From a bacterium (GTDB lineage: Bacteria > Joyebacterota > Joyebacteria > Joyebacterales > Joyebacteraceae), in assembly GCA_025774935.1 (NCBI GenBank), contig JALGZK010000001.1, positions 148,266 to 212,265 of the forward strand: DNA of 64,000 nucleotides, written 5' to 3'. Shown piece by piece: positions 29,662 through 39,527 of the stretch. Position 1 is the stretch's first letter. Each line of letters begins with the position of its first letter. The translations under genes and the position numbers were made by a program. The notes under the pieces are model-generated. The model did not search any database. It worked only from the letters and a program-made list of their open reading frames with translations, and was not told the DNA's origin.

Positions 29662-31668
29662 CTACTTCAGGAGCGTCATCTTCGTGAACGCGCTCTCGCT
29701 GCCGGCACTCACCTTGGCGAAGTAGACACCGCTCGCGAGACGGTGCCCGTCGTCGTCCTTCCCGTCCCAGACGGCGAGCGCGGGCCCCGGAGGGAGCGTC
29801 TCGTCGACGAGCGAGCGCACCACGCGTCCGCTAAGGTCGAGGATCGTGAGCTCGACGCGCTCGGCGCCGGACGGCACGGTGTACGCGATCTTCGTCACGG
29901 GATTGAACGGGTTCGGGAAGTTCTGTGAGATCGCGAGCCTGTGCATCTCGCCTTCCTCGACACCCACCGCCGGTGCGAACCAGTCCAGGATCCTCCCGAG
30001 GAGCGTCGTCCGGTTGCTCGGAGTCGGATCGTCCATGCTCACGGACTCGAACGCGAACGTCGTGAAGACGATCTTGTGTCCGTTCTCGGCTACCTTGAGT
30101 CCCTGGATCCCGGAGGTGCTCGTGAAGATGGTCTCGGACGGCGAGTCGATCACGATGGCCTCGGCGTTGTTCCCGAGAGGGTACCAGAGCTCGTCCAACA
30201 CCATCCCGTCCGAGATCACATCGCCGTCGACGCCCACGACCGTGTACTGCCCGACTGCGTTTATCCACGACGTGATGTGCATGTAGTCCGTGGTCATCGT
30301 CGTCGAGCCGGGGAGACTCGAGAGGTAGTTCATGCTCGAGAGATAGAGGTTCCCGCCGCCGTCCAGGTACGACATCAGGACGTCCTCGTCATCGCCGAGG
30401 TCCGTCGCGAAGCCGGAGCCGGTCGTCCACAGAACCGTGGAGTACGACGAGAGCAGATCCAGCTCGGGTCGTCCGCGGTCGTCGGCGATCCAGACCGTCG
30501 CGCCGAGCCCCAGGTTCGAGAGAGGCTCCTCCCACCACGCGTGCCAGCCCCATCCGTCGTCGTCCGCGACGAGGAGGAGGGAGGGCACCTCGACGAACGT
30601 CGAGAAGGAGACCTGGTCGCTGGCGGCCCTACTGCCACCGCTCACGGCCGACAGGGTCGTCACGGCCATGCCCTCAGCCGTCCCGATGTTGTCGACGACG
30701 CGTACCTCGAGGTCGAGATCCTCGCCGACACCGAGGGCGAACTCCGTCGGCTCGGTGTACCAGGTGCCTCCGACCTCCCGGAAGCTCGCCTCCCAGTCCG
30801 CCGGCCCGACTCCGTCGGGCAGCACGTCCTGGTTGACGCTCACGGTGACGACGTTCGCCGCGAGCCCGATGTTCGAGAGCGTCGCCGTGTACGTGGCGGT
30901 TCCGAGGTAGCCGATCTCCTTCGCGTAGTCGGTCGTCGCCATCTGGACGGAGTAGAGATCGGGTACGACCTGCGCGTTGTACACCACGTGTGGCGACATG
31001 TCCTCGATGAAGACCACCACATCGAGCGCGCCGACGAGCGGCCAAGGGGTGTCGGTGATCGTGAACTCCCTGTGGACCACGACGGAGTCGCCGGGAGCCG
31101 TCAGGACCACATCCTCGTGGGGCAGATGGTCCCGCATGGTCCAGTTGTAGTGTTCGCCGGTCTTCTCGATCACGACGAACTGGGCCCTGAGAACCCCTGC
31201 GCTCACCGGGTCGACGACCTTGAACGTCGCGTCGACCCAGCCGCCCGTCTCGTCGAAGACTCCGTTCGTGCGAATCGTGATCGGGGTGGGAACGGGGAGC
31301 CGCTGGTTTATCCGGTCTCTGTACGCCGAGTAGACGCCGCTCCCGCCGCCGGTATACGTGAGAACCGCGTCGAACTTGCACGTGGGGTGCGCACTGATGT
31401 CCGGGTAGAGGAGCTGCCGGTTGCGGGCCTCGCTCGTGTAGTAGTTGCCGCCAATCCTGCTGTGCCAGTAGATGATGACGAGCTCTTCTTCACTGAAGGT
31501 CCCGTCTCCTCTGAGATTCTCGAGCGCCAACTGCGCATCGGGGCAGAAACTTCAGTTGGTGCCCCCGAAGAGCTCTGCGAGCACCGCTCGCTGCGCGGCA
31601 AATGCCGGCGTGGCCGCGCCACAGAGGATCAGGGCAGAGAGCCCCAGGATCGCCAATCTTCTCGACAT
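29662..31668 (-). CDS. Predicted secreted selenoprotein: Omp28/thioredoxin-like domain with UxxC, middle domains, C-terminal FlgD-Ig/T9SS-type sorting domain (668 aa with TGA39 read as Sec)
   Basis: SD AAGGAG then ATG 31668: MSRRLAILGLSALILCGAATPAFA-AQRAVLAELFGGTN[TGA 31554-31552]SFCPDAQL, continuing in frame into the 622-aa ORF; C-terminal QNFPNPFNP...WDGKDDDG..LASGVYF...KMTLLK. Confidence 0.85.
31521..31540 (-). promoter_or_regulatory. Bacterial SECIS-like hairpin
   Basis: CGA(U)GCGC-AGUUG-GCGCUCG starts 11 nt after the UGA; bulged U in the stem and GU in the loop. Confidence 0.7.
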
Positions 31669-31832
31669 CCATCACTCCTTTCGCGGCAGCGCCGCTCCGC
31701 TCTCCGGGAATCCCACCCGCGGGGTCTCGCGAAAGGCAGGATTCCCTCGTGTCCAACAGCCTCCAGCCATGTGCGTGGGACGCGCTTCACCGTTCGGGGC
31801 GCCGCGTGCAACGCCCCCATGCCACACTACAC

Positions 31833-31861
31833 ATTCTACCGCATCCGGGCGAGAGATTCAA
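31833..31861 (-). promoter_or_regulatory. sigma70-type promoter for the selenoprotein gene
   Basis: Minus strand TTGAAT-17 nt-TAGAAT. Confidence 0.6.
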
Positions 31862-31911
31862 TGGCTCGCTTGGGCAGACAGGCCTCCCGAGGGGTCCAGG
31901 GGCCAAAAGGC

Positions 31912-31941
31912 TTGACACCCCGAACTCGCGCCGGTTAGATT
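31912..31941 (+). promoter_or_regulatory. sigma70-type promoter for the cyclophilin-TPR cluster (divergent)
   Basis: TTGACA-18 nt-TAGATT. Confidence 0.6.
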
Positions 31942-31993
31942 ATTCTGACAGGATGCAGTGAAGTTCACGAACCCGCAGGTCAAGGAGGACACC

Positions 31994-32767
31994 ATGCGCG
32001 GGAAGGTGACGATCGTGGTGGCAGTCGTTGCGGTGCTTCTGATGGCCCTCGTCGCGTCTGTCCACGCCCAGGAGGGCGGCATGTCGAGCAAGCGGCCGGA
32101 GGCGACGGAGGCCGACAAGAGCGCCGCGGAGACCGCGGCGGACGAGGCCGTGGCAGAGACGGCAGAGGCCACAGAGGAGGCGGCGACGGTGATGGCGACC
32201 CTCACGTACTTCGAAGGCGGCAAGGGCGAGAAGGGCGCGAAGAAGTCGATGGAGGTGCAGTATCTTCCCGAGGGCAGGAAGGTTGCGACCCTCGAGACTT
32301 CGAAGGGCGTCGTTAAGATCGAGCTCTGGGAGGACCTCGCTCCGAACACCGTTGTGAACTTCGTCTACCTGGCCAACAGCGGGCGTTACGATGGCGTCGA
32401 GTTCCACAGGGTCATCGGCGGCTTCATGGCCCAGACGGGCGACGTGGAGAAGAAGGGCGGCTACGGAGGTCCCGGCTACACGATCCCAGCCGAGTTCAGC
32501 GCCGATCTCCATCACACCGAGGGCGTCGTCTCCATGGCGCGGTCGTCCGACCCCGACTCCGCGGGAAGCCAGTTCTTCATCATGCTCGCGAGCGCGACGC
32601 ACCTGGACGGGAGCTACGCGGCGTTCGGCGAGGTCGTCGAGGGAATGGACGTCATTCACAACATCAAGAAGGGTCCCAAGGAGAAGAACGGAGCCGTCGA
32701 GGACCCGGACACCATCGTGAAGGTGAGAGTCGAGACCGTCCCGGCGGAGGTCGCACCGGAGGAGTAG
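31994..32767 (+). CDS. Exported cyclophilin-type peptidyl-prolyl cis-trans isomerase
   Basis: Signal peptide; FHRVIGGFMAQTGD, GGPGY, SMARSSDPDSAGSQFFI, HLDGSYAAFG; SD AGGAGG. Confidence 0.92.
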   Translation: MRGKVTIVVAVVAVLLMALVASVHAQEGGMSSKRPEATEADKSAAETAADEAVAETAEATEEAATVMATLTYFEGGKGEKGAKKSMEVQYLPEGRKVATLETSKGVVKIELWEDLAPNTVVNFVYLANSGRYDGVEFHRVIGGFMAQTGDVEKKGGYGGPGYTIPAEFSADLHHTEGVVSMARSSDPDSAGSQFFIMLASATHLDGSYAAFGEVVEGMDVIHNIKKGPKEKNGAVEDPDTIVKVRVETVPAEVAPEE

Positions 32768-32811
32768 TCGTGCTTCCGGCGTCCGCCTGAACGTCAAGCG
32801 GAGGTAGCGGA

Positions 32812-33447
32812 TTGAATCACCTGAAGAACCAGGCGATCGGAGTGGCGTGCGTCGCGGCGCTGATCGCGGGGCTGGCGTTCCCGGCCGTGTCCCAGGAGGA
32901 AGGCGAGACCGCTGAGGAGACGGTGGCCCAGATCGAGGAGCTGCGGTCTAGGCTCGAAGAGACACCGGACTCCGCGGATCTCTGGCTGGAGCTGGGAAAC
33001 GTCTACTACGAGAGCAACCTCCTGGACGACGCCCTGAACGCATACCTCGCGGCCGTGGAGCTCGCTCCCGACCACGCGGGGGCGCGCCTGAACCTGGGCT
33101 CGCTGTATGCCGACCGCGCTGACTTCGTGTCTGCCGTCTCGGAGCTCGAGAAGGCGATGGAGCTGGCTCCGCAGAACGCGATGGTCTACACGAACCTGGG
33201 CAGCACCTACTACGCGCAGATGAAGTACGCCGACGCCGTGGAGATGTACAGGACGGCGCTCGAGATGGACCCGAACAACATCGAGGCGCACTTCAACATG
33301 GCGGTCGCGTTCGCCGACGCGCAGCTCTTCGACGAAGCGATAAGGGAGTGGCAGAAGGTCATCGAGATCGCTCCCGAGGCTCCGGCGGCCCAGGTGTGTC
33401 GAGAGAACATCCAGATGATCGAGGAGTTCAGGGCGCAGTTCAAGTAG
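32812..33447 (+). CDS. Exported TPR-repeat protein
   Basis: Signal peptide and about 4 TPR units (LELGNVY, NLGSLY, NLGSTY, FNMAVAF). Confidence 0.85.
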   Translation: MNHLKNQAIGVACVAALIAGLAFPAVSQEEGETAEETVAQIEELRSRLEETPDSADLWLELGNVYYESNLLDDALNAYLAAVELAPDHAGARLNLGSLYADRADFVSAVSELEKAMELAPQNAMVYTNLGSTYYAQMKYADAVEMYRTALEMDPNNIEAHFNMAVAFADAQLFDEAIREWQKVIEIAPEAPAAQVCRENIQMIEEFRAQFK

Positions 33448-33534
33448 CCGGCGAGCCGGCGAGGACACGGGAAGACCAACATGGAGGGGGTGACCGACGA
33501 CCCTCTCCGCGAGCAGGGAGAAGAGAGGGGCAGC

Positions 33535-34749
33535 ATGTTGAGATCCAGATCGGGACTGGCGTGGACGCTGGCGGCCGTTGTCGCGTTCGCCGCATTGCTG
33601 GGCGGCTGCACGGGAACGATGCCCGAGGAGGAAGAACCGACAATCACCATCGTCGGGCACGAGGACGCGGGGGAACAGAGGGATATCTCCCCGGCCGAGA
33701 GGGCCGCGAACAGCGCGGCCGAGTTCCTTCGGGTGCGTGAGATCGGGAAGGCGATCGAGAACTACGAGCGTGCGATCACCCTCGACCCGACTTACGTCGA
33801 GCCCTACTACGGGCTCGGGCGCATCTACCTCGTGGAGACGCAGGAGTTCGAGAAGTCGCTCGAGATGTACCAAAGGGCGGTCGAGCTCGCGCCTGACGAT
33901 CCCTACTCGCACACCTCGCTGGCGTACGCGCACTTCCTCACGGGGGACTACCAGTCCTCGGTGGAGGCGTACGTCGACGCGGTTCAGCTCGACCCGGAGA
34001 ACGCGGACGCGTACCTGAACCTCGGCTACGCCTACGAGAAGATGGAGATGGACCTCGCCGCGCTCGGCGCGTACCGCAGGGCCCAGGAGCTGGCCCCGAC
34101 CGACTCTCGCGCCACGCAGTCGCTCGCGGGGCTGTACTACCGGGCGCAGATGTACGATCAGGCGATCGCTTCGTACGAGCGGGTAAGGAACTTCGGGAAC
34201 GCGAGCACCTACTCCCTCTCGACGCTCGGGTTCCTCTACATGAAAGTCGGCGGGCTCGGCGAGGCCGAGACGCTCTTCCGCACTGTACTGCAGCAGAGCC
34301 CCGAAGACATCAGCGCGCGGGCCAACCTCGCAACGGTCTACAGGAAGCAGGGTCGGTACGAAGAGGCCGTCGCTCAGCTTGAGGCTCTCGTCGCCAGCCA
34401 GCCTAACAACGCGGACTACGTCGGGGCGCTCGCGGACGCGTACAACGACATGGGACGCTACGACTCGGCGATCAACTCGGCCCGCCAACTTCTGCAGATC
34501 TCCCCCGGAGACGGCGGGGCGTACTTGACCTGGGCCAAGTCGCTCGAGCGCCATGGCAACGCGCTGGAGAGGCAGAGCCAGTTCGACGCCGCGATGGACA
34601 AGTACCGGGAGGCGATCTCGAAGCTCCAGCTGGCGACGAACGACCCGAAGTGGCGGTCGCACGCGAACAGGGAGATCGAGAGGCAGGAACAGCTCATCGA
34701 GATCGCGGAGCAGCGGAAGCTGCGCGGGATCTGGGACGAAGGCGAGTAG
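33535..34749 (+). CDS. TPR-repeat lipoprotein
   Basis: Lipobox LLGGC and many TPR units (YYGLGRIY, YLNLGYAY, ANLATVY). Confidence 0.85.
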   Translation: MLRSRSGLAWTLAAVVAFAALLGGCTGTMPEEEEPTITIVGHEDAGEQRDISPAERAANSAAEFLRVREIGKAIENYERAITLDPTYVEPYYGLGRIYLVETQEFEKSLEMYQRAVELAPDDPYSHTSLAYAHFLTGDYQSSVEAYVDAVQLDPENADAYLNLGYAYEKMEMDLAALGAYRRAQELAPTDSRATQSLAGLYYRAQMYDQAIASYERVRNFGNASTYSLSTLGFLYMKVGGLGEAETLFRTVLQQSPEDISARANLATVYRKQGRYEEAVAQLEALVASQPNNADYVGALADAYNDMGRYDSAINSARQLLQISPGDGGAYLTWAKSLERHGNALERQSQFDAAMDKYREAISKLQLATNDPKWRSHANREIERQEQLIEIAEQRKLRGIWDEGE

Positions 34750-34879
34750 CGCCGCCCGCCCGCGATCGGCGGCCCTGTCAGACGGACCGCCGACGGGGGC
34801 GCGGGCGTGATGATCATCCGACGGGCGGCCGGCTATCCTCAAACGAGGGCCGGCCGCGCGCTCAAGGGGTACCGTGACC

Positions 34880-36067
34880 ATGGCGACGCCTGAGGACCGC
34901 ACGACCTACATGGACCACAACGCCACGACGCCGACCGACCCCCGCGTCGTCGAGGCAATGCTCCCGTTCTTCAGCGAAGCGTACGGCAACCCATCGAGTC
35001 CGTACGCGCTGGCACAGGAGACGAGACAGGCCGTCGAGTGGGCGCGCGGCACCGTGGCGGACGCGCTGAGTTGCGACCCTGCCGAGGTCGTCTTCACGAG
35101 CGGCGGCTCGGAGTCCGACAACATCGCGATCAAGGGCGTCGCGCTGTCGAAGCTCGAGGGGCGCGGCCACATCGTCACCAGCTCGGTCGAGCACCACGCC
35201 GTGCTCCACACGTGCGAGTACCTGCGCGACAAACTCGGCTTCGACGTCACGTTCCTCCCCGTGAGCCCCGGGGGCCTCGTCGATCCGGTCGACGTATCGC
35301 GCGCTCTCAGGGACGACACGATACTCATCTCGATCATGTACGCGAACAACGAGACCGGCACGGTCCAGCCGCTCGAAGAGATCGGCCGTATCGCCCGCGA
35401 GAGGGACGTCCCTTTCCACACGGACGCCGTGCAGGCGATCGGCAAGATCCCGGTCGACGTGCAAACGCTCGGCGCGACGTTCCTGGCGGCATCCGCCCAC
35501 AAGTTCTACGGACCGAAGGGAGTCGGGGTGCTCTACGTCAGGAAGGGAGCGCGGTTCCACCCGCTCTCGCACGGAGGGAACCACGAGCGGGGGGTGCGGC
35601 CGGGGACGGAGAACGTGGCCGGGATCGTGGGCCTCGCGAAGGCCCTGGAACTGGCCGTGGACGACATGCCGCGGGAATCGGAGCGCCTGTCGAAGCTCAC
35701 CCAGCGGCTGGTGTCCGGCGTTGTCGACGGCATCCCTGACGTGTCGCTGAACGGAGACCCGGCGAGCGGCATACCGGGGACGGCCAACATCGCCTTCCAC
35801 TACGTCGAAGGCGAGAGTGTTGTGCTGGCGCTCGACATGGAGGGATTCGCTGTCTCGACCGGCTCGGCGTGCACGACCGACTCGGCGGACCCGTCGCACG
35901 TGCTCTCCGCGATGGGGGTCGCGCCGAACGTCGCGCAGGGCTCTGTCAGGTTCGGCCTCGGAAGATCGAACACCGAGGAAGACGTGGAGAGGTTGCTCTC
36001 GGTGCTCCCGGGGATCGTCGAGAGGCTGAGGGCGATGTCGCCGCTGACTCCACGGAAGGACTCGTAG
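34880..36067 (+). CDS. iscS: Group I cysteine desulfurase (IscS/NifS family)
   Basis: YMDHNATT, FTSGGSESDN, HTDAVQ, SAHKFYGPKGVG, STGSAC. Confidence 0.93.
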   Translation: MATPEDRTTYMDHNATTPTDPRVVEAMLPFFSEAYGNPSSPYALAQETRQAVEWARGTVADALSCDPAEVVFTSGGSESDNIAIKGVALSKLEGRGHIVTSSVEHHAVLHTCEYLRDKLGFDVTFLPVSPGGLVDPVDVSRALRDDTILISIMYANNETGTVQPLEEIGRIARERDVPFHTDAVQAIGKIPVDVQTLGATFLAASAHKFYGPKGVGVLYVRKGARFHPLSHGGNHERGVRPGTENVAGIVGLAKALELAVDDMPRESERLSKLTQRLVSGVVDGIPDVSLNGDPASGIPGTANIAFHYVEGESVVLALDMEGFAVSTGSACTTDSADPSHVLSAMGVAPNVAQGSVRFGLGRSNTEEDVERLLSVLPGIVERLRAMSPLTPRKDS

Positions 36068-36082
36068 GAGGACTCGACGGTC

Positions 36083-37069
36083 ATGAGGCTCTCTCGGGAC
36101 CGGAGGGTGATGGTGAGGGGGGCGGCGACCGCCCTCCTTCTTCTTTGCCTCGCGGCGTCGCTCCCGACCGCGCTTGAGACCGCGGCCGCCGGGACCGCGG
36201 GCTGGCACGAGACCTCGCGGGACGGGATCACCGTCACGTTCCGGGAAGAGGACGGCCGCGCGGCGGAACTCATCCTCGAGATGGCGGTTGAGCGCGGCCC
36301 CGCGCTCGCGGAGGCCGTCTCCCTGGGGACGGTCGTGCCCGTCCGGATAGTGGTGGCACCCACTCACGAGGACTTCGAGCAGAGGACGATGGGCGGCGCG
36401 CCGGACTGGTGGGTCGGGTGCGCGTTCCCGTCGCGCGGCCTCGTCGTCATGAAGAGCCCGAGGATCGTGACGTACCCGCTCCACATGGAGGAGGTGCTCG
36501 TCCACGAGCTGGCGCACGTGGCCGCCGGGCGAGTGCTGGGGGAGGTGTGGGCGCCCCGGTGGTTCCACGAGGGCGTGGCGATGTCGATCGCGGGGGAATG
36601 GCGCCTGTCGCAGGTCCCGTCACTCACCGCGGCCGCGCGGAGCGGAACGCTGATCCCGCTCAGGGACCTGGAGACGAGGTTCCCGGACTCGTCAGCCGGC
36701 GCAGCGCTCGCGTACGCAGAGAGCTTTCGGGCCGTCGCATTCCTGATGGAGAGAGCCGGGCTCTCGCGCGCCGAAGAGCTTGTGCTCGCCGTGCGGGAGG
36801 CGGGCGGTTTCGATGCCGCCCTCGAGGTCCTTTACGGGGGCGACCGCGACGACTTCGGACGTGACGCCATCGCGCACTTCGGAGAGCGCTACTCGTGGGG
36901 TCTGCTCTTCACCAGGTGGGACTTCTTCCTGGTCGCGGCGACAGTCCTCTTCCTCGTGGCCCTCGTGGTGCGCGTCGGCCGAGCGAGGAGGCGGATGCGC
37001 GAGTGGGACGAGGAGGAGAGACAGGAGTCGGCACGAAGAAACCGGCCGTCAGGCTCGTCGTGGCAGTAG
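36083..37069 (+). CDS. Peptidase MA-like zinc metalloprotease with C-terminal membrane anchor
   Basis: Signal-like N-terminus, VHELAH zinc motif, PRWFHEGVA, ALAYAES, C-terminal TM. Confidence 0.8.
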   Translation: MRLSRDRRVMVRGAATALLLLCLAASLPTALETAAAGTAGWHETSRDGITVTFREEDGRAAELILEMAVERGPALAEAVSLGTVVPVRIVVAPTHEDFEQRTMGGAPDWWVGCAFPSRGLVVMKSPRIVTYPLHMEEVLVHELAHVAAGRVLGEVWAPRWFHEGVAMSIAGEWRLSQVPSLTAAARSGTLIPLRDLETRFPDSSAGAALAYAESFRAVAFLMERAGLSRAEELVLAVREAGGFDAALEVLYGGDRDDFGRDAIAHFGERYSWGLLFTRWDFFLVAATVLFLVALVVRVGRARRRMREWDEEERQESARRNRPSGSSWQ

Positions 37070-37084
37070 CGGAGGGCTTTCGGT

Positions 37085-37113
37085 TTGACACCCCCTGGAG
37101 CGGTTGCTATACT
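37085..37113 (+). promoter_or_regulatory. sigma70-type promoter of tRNA cluster 1
   Basis: TTGACA-17 nt-TATACT with extended TG, followed by a GC-rich discriminator. Confidence 0.8.
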
Positions 37114-37127
37114 GCCCCCGGAGGCGT

Positions 37128-37214
37128 GGAGGGCTAGACCTAACTGGTAAGGCAGCGGTCTTGAAAACCGCCGGGCGCAAGCCCTTGGGGGTTCGAGTCC
37201 CTCGCCCTCCGCCA
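37128..37214 (+). tRNA. tRNA-Ser(TGA)
   Basis: Acceptor GGAGGGC/GCCCTCC-G-CCA; anticodon arm GCGGT-CTTGAAA-ACCGC; long variable arm; GTTCGAG T-loop. Confidence 0.93.
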
Positions 37215-37292
37215 GTATCGGAGCATGCCAGAGGGGACACGCAGGGCCGGCGCGCGGAGCGGACTCCGCGCGCGTCAGGCATCGAGGACACC

Positions 37293-37382
<90 letters not shown>

Positions 37383-37392
37383 GAAGACGACC

Positions 37393-37469
<77 letters not shown>

Positions 37470-37556
37470 CATCCGCGACCCGCTGAAACAGCCGTTCTGC
37501 GAGGTCTTGGTCGACGGACTCGGTATCAATGTCGGTTTGGCCACGGAGGGGAAGCG

Positions 37557-38102
37557 ATGCTGAAGGAGATCAACAGAGGACTGAGGATCGTCACCGGGCT
37601 CGTGGCGGTGGCGGCGCTCGCGTTGCTCGCCGGGTGTGCCGGGTCCGATCTCAAGATCGAGACGACCTTCGACGACGCGATCGACTTCTCGTCGCTGCGC
37701 ACGTTCGGCTATCAGACCGGAGCCTTCACCACGCCCGACGGCGTCGCCGTCGACCCCGCCGTCGTCGACCGGATCGAAGACGCCGTCGTCGGCACGCTCG
37801 AGTCGAAAGGGCTGGAGTTCGTTCAGTCGGGGGACCAGGACTTCGTGACCGTTGTCCGAGGCGGCAGGTTCCGTACAATCGTCTCGAAGTACCAGGATAA
37901 CTGGTACGTCCCGGCGGAGGACTGGGTCGCCGACACCAAGTACTACGACGAGGGTGCGCTGGTCATCGGCATGAGGGTGGGCGGGGACCCAGAAGAAGTC
38001 TGGCTCGGGGTCGGGACGGTACGGCTCGGAACCGAACCGGCCACCCAGGAGTTCCTCAACGAACTGGCGGCGAAGATCCTCGAGGACTTCCCGCCGAAGT
38101 AG
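37557..38102 (+). CDS. Lipoprotein, DUF4136-like
   Basis: Lipobox LAGC; IDFSSLRTF, YDEGALVI, KILEDFPP resemble DUF4136. Confidence 0.65.
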   Translation: MLKEINRGLRIVTGLVAVAALALLAGCAGSDLKIETTFDDAIDFSSLRTFGYQTGAFTTPDGVAVDPAVVDRIEDAVVGTLESKGLEFVQSGDQDFVTVVRGGRFRTIVSKYQDNWYVPAEDWVADTKYYDEGALVIGMRVGGDPEEVWLGVGTVRLGTEPATQEFLNELAAKILEDFPPK

Positions 38103-38273
38103 CCGACGTCCAGTGAGTCGAAGGACGCTCCGCCGCATCGGCGGGGTGTCTTCCATTTTGGGTTGACACGTCAAGAATCCGGGCATACTGTTGGCGCGTT
38201 GGGTGGTTCCGGCTCAAGAAACCGATCCCGGGCGGGGAGAACGCCCGGCCAGGAAGCGGAGGAGGAGGACGGA

Positions 38274-39527
38274 ATGAAGAGGACTCGTTTGCTGCTGCTC
38301 AGCCTCGTGGCCGTCGGCACGGTGCTGTTCTTCGTCGGTTGTGACCTTCTCGAAGAGGATGAGATCCCCGTCAGCGCTGATCTTCTGTTCGCGAGCGGCA
38401 TGAACGATCTTCAGGGAGAGCTGACCGAGCTGAACCTCGAGAACCCGATCTGGGACTGGGATGTGAACGTCTCCGGTCCCCTCAGCGACTTCGAGGACGC
38501 GCTCGATGCCGACCCCGAGCACTGCGGGGCCCTCCTGATGGCGGGCCTGACGAGGCTCATCGAGGTAGTGACGGATCCCGACCTCGCGGACATCCTCGAG
38601 GACATCTTCGGCGGCGATGTCCGGGCATCGCACAAGTTCCCGCTCATGTGGTACGTGGACGTTCCCGGCGCCGTCGATGCGAAGCGGGTGCTCCAGTCGC
38701 TCGACCACAGGCGCCAGGACCCGTTCGAGATCTCACTCCTTCAGGAGTACATCGAGGACGAGGTCATTCCGGCGCTCGAGTACACCGAAGGCAACCTGAT
38801 GGACTTCCAGGACCTCGACTGCGAGGTCAACCTGGAGATCCCGATCGAGGACGCCTCGCGCGACACCATGTGGATGCTCGTGGATCTCGACGCGACCGAC
38901 GTGGCCTTTGCGATGGCCCCGCTGCACGCGATCATGGGCGCCCTGGAGATGATCGTCGCGTACAACATGGACGTGACTCAGGGCCAGACGCTCGAGGAGC
39001 TCCTCACGACGGATCCGGACTTCCTGAGTCTCAGGGCCGGAAGCCACATGCCGACCGCCTTCGGCTACTTCAGCGACATTCACGACGACCTGAGCGACGC
39101 GTGCACGATGCTCCAGAACGAGACGGGCGATCAGACGTTCGACCTCATCACGGAGCTCTACTGGGACGGGGGGATGTACATCGTCCTCGAGGACATGTTC
39201 GGACCGGCGCCGTGTGACACGATCCGGGCGTACGCGGACCTGATCTACGACGCGCTGAACGAGCCGATCGTCATCAACCCGTCCGACGAGGAGCCGGGAG
39301 CTCCGGACATCGACATCACGATCGACGTCTCGCAGTTCTTCAACGATCCCCTCGATCCGCTGACCGACTACTTCCCGGAGTTCGTACCGGTCTGGCCGGA
39401 CCCGAACGACCTGGACGGTGCGTTCGTCGAGCCGGTGAACTTCCCGGACCCGACGTTCGAGGGAATCCTCCCGGGCATGTCGAACGCCGAATGGCAGGAG
39501 ATCATCGACTGGCTGGACGAGACGTAG
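38274..39527 (+). CDS. Hypothetical highly acidic lipoprotein
   Basis: SD GGAGGA; lipobox FVGC; D/E-rich with very few basic residues; ends FPDPTFEGILPGM; upstream TTGACA-17-TACTGT at 38163. Confidence 0.75.
   Translation: MKRTRLLLLSLVAVGTVLFFVGCDLLEEDEIPVSADLLFASGMNDLQGELTELNLENPIWDWDVNVSGPLSDFEDALDADPEHCGALLMAGLTRLIEVVTDPDLADILEDIFGGDVRASHKFPLMWYVDVPGAVDAKRVLQSLDHRRQDPFEISLLQEYIEDEVIPALEYTEGNLMDFQDLDCEVNLEIPIEDASRDTMWMLVDLDATDVAFAMAPLHAIMGALEMIVAYNMDVTQGQTLEELLTTDPDFLSLRAGSHMPTAFGYFSDIHDDLSDACTMLQNETGDQTFDLITELYWDGGMYIVLEDMFGPAPCDTIRAYADLIYDALNEPIVINPSDEEPGAPDIDITIDVSQFFNDPLDPLTDYFPEFVPVWPDPNDLDGAFVEPVNFPDPTFEGILPGMSNAEWQEIIDWLDET

Noticed and set aside
29662-31668. Reading the in-frame TGA as a pseudogene lesion or as genetic code 4/25
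   Set aside because: TGA is the normal stop for many genes here (infB, truB, ribF, recR), and this one sits at a redox Cys position with a SECIS-like hairpin; a nonsense mutation remains possible but is less likely
37128-37214. Possible tRNA-Sec near the selenoprotein
   Set aside because: Anticodon is TGA (reads UCA, Ser), not TCA, and the acceptor stem is 7 bp rather than 8
37250-37273. Perfect hairpin GCGCGCGGAG-CGGA-CTCCGCGCGC between tRNA genes, and another at 50612-50649
   Set aside because: Ordinary tRNA spacer or processing hairpins; the two do not share sequence, so no repeat family
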